A stretch of 64,000 nucleotides of DNA, from positions 94,736,001 to 94,800,000 of the forward strand of contig OZ287748.1 of the NCBI GenBank assembly GCA_965649765.1, given 5' to 3'. A program made the translations under genes and the position numbers. A model generated the notes under the pieces. The model worked only from the letters and a program-made list of their open reading frames with translations. It was not told where the DNA came from and did not search any database. The stretch comes from Bispira polyomma (Eukaryota). Numbering within the stretch: position 1 is the stretch's first letter; each line of letters opens with the position of its first letter. Below, in pieces: positions 62,304-64,000 of the stretch.

Positions 62304-62789
62304 CCTGGTCCCACCGGCCGTCACGTTTGCTGTCGTTTGAAAATTAATTTGCGTAGGTTTTGCGTGTTATTTGCGGGAACTGACGTACCATACATAAACA
62401 TACATAAGCTAGCGTGAGAGATGACACACACAAAATTAATAATTTCAAACCGTTTGAAATTTGGACACGCAAGAGATGCAAAAGTATGACATACTAAAAC
62501 GTAGATATGCGTCACAGTGTGTAAATGTGCGTCATTATGACGTCCTTTTAAGTGTATTGGCGTACTCATACTTGTCATACAGGGTTAAAATACTTACTTT
62601 GACATGAACTTATGCACCCCCTGCAAGACTTTACAGCTTTTGACGTACTAATACATGAATTTCAACGTCTGTTGACCCCTTCAACGTGGAGAAAATTCCC
62701 AATTTCTAGTTTTGCATGACGTTTTGCATCAAATATTTTACAAGGCCATGCGTGACTTACATATCCTAACGTAAATCTGGTGGGACCGG
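62304..62789. mobile_element. CpG-rich MITE-like element
   Basis: Left CTGGTCCCACCGG...ACGTT and right AACGT...CTGGTGGGACCGG are imperfect inverted repeats. Confidence 0.6.
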
Positions 62790-64000
62790 TCCATTACAGA
62801 GGTTTTTGAACTAGAGATTGATGAAGTTGTCCTCTACATAATTAGATGTTAAACTGCTACTAATGATCGTGTCCTGAGTTGATTACTTTCTCCCTCTGTT
62901 TTCCTGTGAACACCCGTCCCATGATATGGTGGTGTGTGGGTGTTGGGGATAATGTCTCAATCACATGCCAGTCTTCACACTAAATTACCACTATTTCCTG
63001 TATAACATAACAAGCAGTTATTCCTGTAATTCCTTTTTCGCTTTTGCGGTGGCAACTGGCCCGAGAAACCTTTGATAATATTGTACACTATTGGTTGAAC
63101 TACTGATATTTAGTATTCTAGTTCAGATTCTTGCAGATCTCGATAACATTTGCCCTTGAGTTATATTTTATATTTGACATGCATTTTGAGCAAAATGTTT
63201 TGGGAATGTTAATAGTGCATTTTTATTGAAGGTTTAATTATATGTAACCTCTTGTAATTTTAGTATGCATGTTTACGTATCAATTTGTGAACTACCATTT
63301 TATCAAATTAATACCCTGTGAGTAATTACTTTGTTAAAAAAGGGTTACCACTGCATGTATTATTATAGCATTCTTTAAGCCTAAAACAATGATGTTAGAG
63401 ACAACCCTGTAGCTTTGATAATTACACACTCTGTCTGGAAATCTACTACAAACGAGTCTGGACGGAATTTAAATGTGAGTAATTAAGATGGAACACTTGT
63501 TGTTCTGGAGAAGATTATTTGAAACATTTTGCAATCTCCTGTTGGTGATGTGAAAGCATGAATATTGATTAGAGAACCTACTTACAAAATCCCTGAAGAT
63601 ATTAAGCCTGTACACTGTAAAAACAAGGGTGAAAATTCCTGCTTTGTTTGATAATGATGGGAAAAAAACAGAATAGATAGGAACAAGTGTTGTCTTATAA
63701 AATATACATTGGCAAACAGTGTGACTGACACCCTTCAGTTTTGGCCAGATCGATTGCTTCCAACCAATCTATGAAGGCCTTACATAGTACATGTATTTCC
63801 AACATGGCGGCTGTGCCTGATAAAAGGTATAGCATCACTACTACCAGGGTGAAGTGAAAATAAAAGTAGTGGAGATACTTTTTTTGGAATAGCCCAGTCA
63901 CACCTACGCGTGCTGGAGCTACGTGTGTGTGACGTGTTCAATTGTTTAGAAACCTAGTACAGATGTGGTAGAAGATAATGCAAAAGTGAGGATCCCTGGT

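Overview
AT-rich, intron-containing animal (probably invertebrate) genomic DNA. Three host genes are supported: (i) a minus-strand two-coding-exon gene (13861->11235, ~817 aa) with LRIF1-like hallmarks; (ii) a plus-strand hydroxylysine kinase-like gene (six reconstructed exons, 36225-47426); (iii) the first coding exon of an SLC16/monocarboxylate-transporter-like gene with a long N-terminal extension (55404-56289). About a third of the window is nested retroelements. A full-length but decayed Gmr1-type Ty3/Gypsy element (19003-32835; 822-bp LTRs, tRNA-Pro PBS, PR-IN-RT-RH order) carries, inside its protease, a complete Ngaro-type tyrosine-recombinase (YR) retrotransposon with split direct repeats (21694-28855). 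A second, divergent Ngaro-type element lies antisense in an intron of the kinase gene (37563-44769) and is itself interrupted by an L2/CR1-group LINE with a 40-nt locally templated 5' junction. Comparing the two YR elements suggests a shared expression and replication logic: phase-compatible splice sites that would join the Gag N-terminus to the recombinase, a single in-frame TAG between gag and pol in element 1, and conserved G-rich/C-rich motifs bracketing the B1-A2 circle-junction block. The rest is SINEs, MITE-like inverted-repeat elements, LINE fragments, short tandem arrays and a tRNA-Thr pseudogene. All family assignments are from motif recognition by eye; no database search was run.
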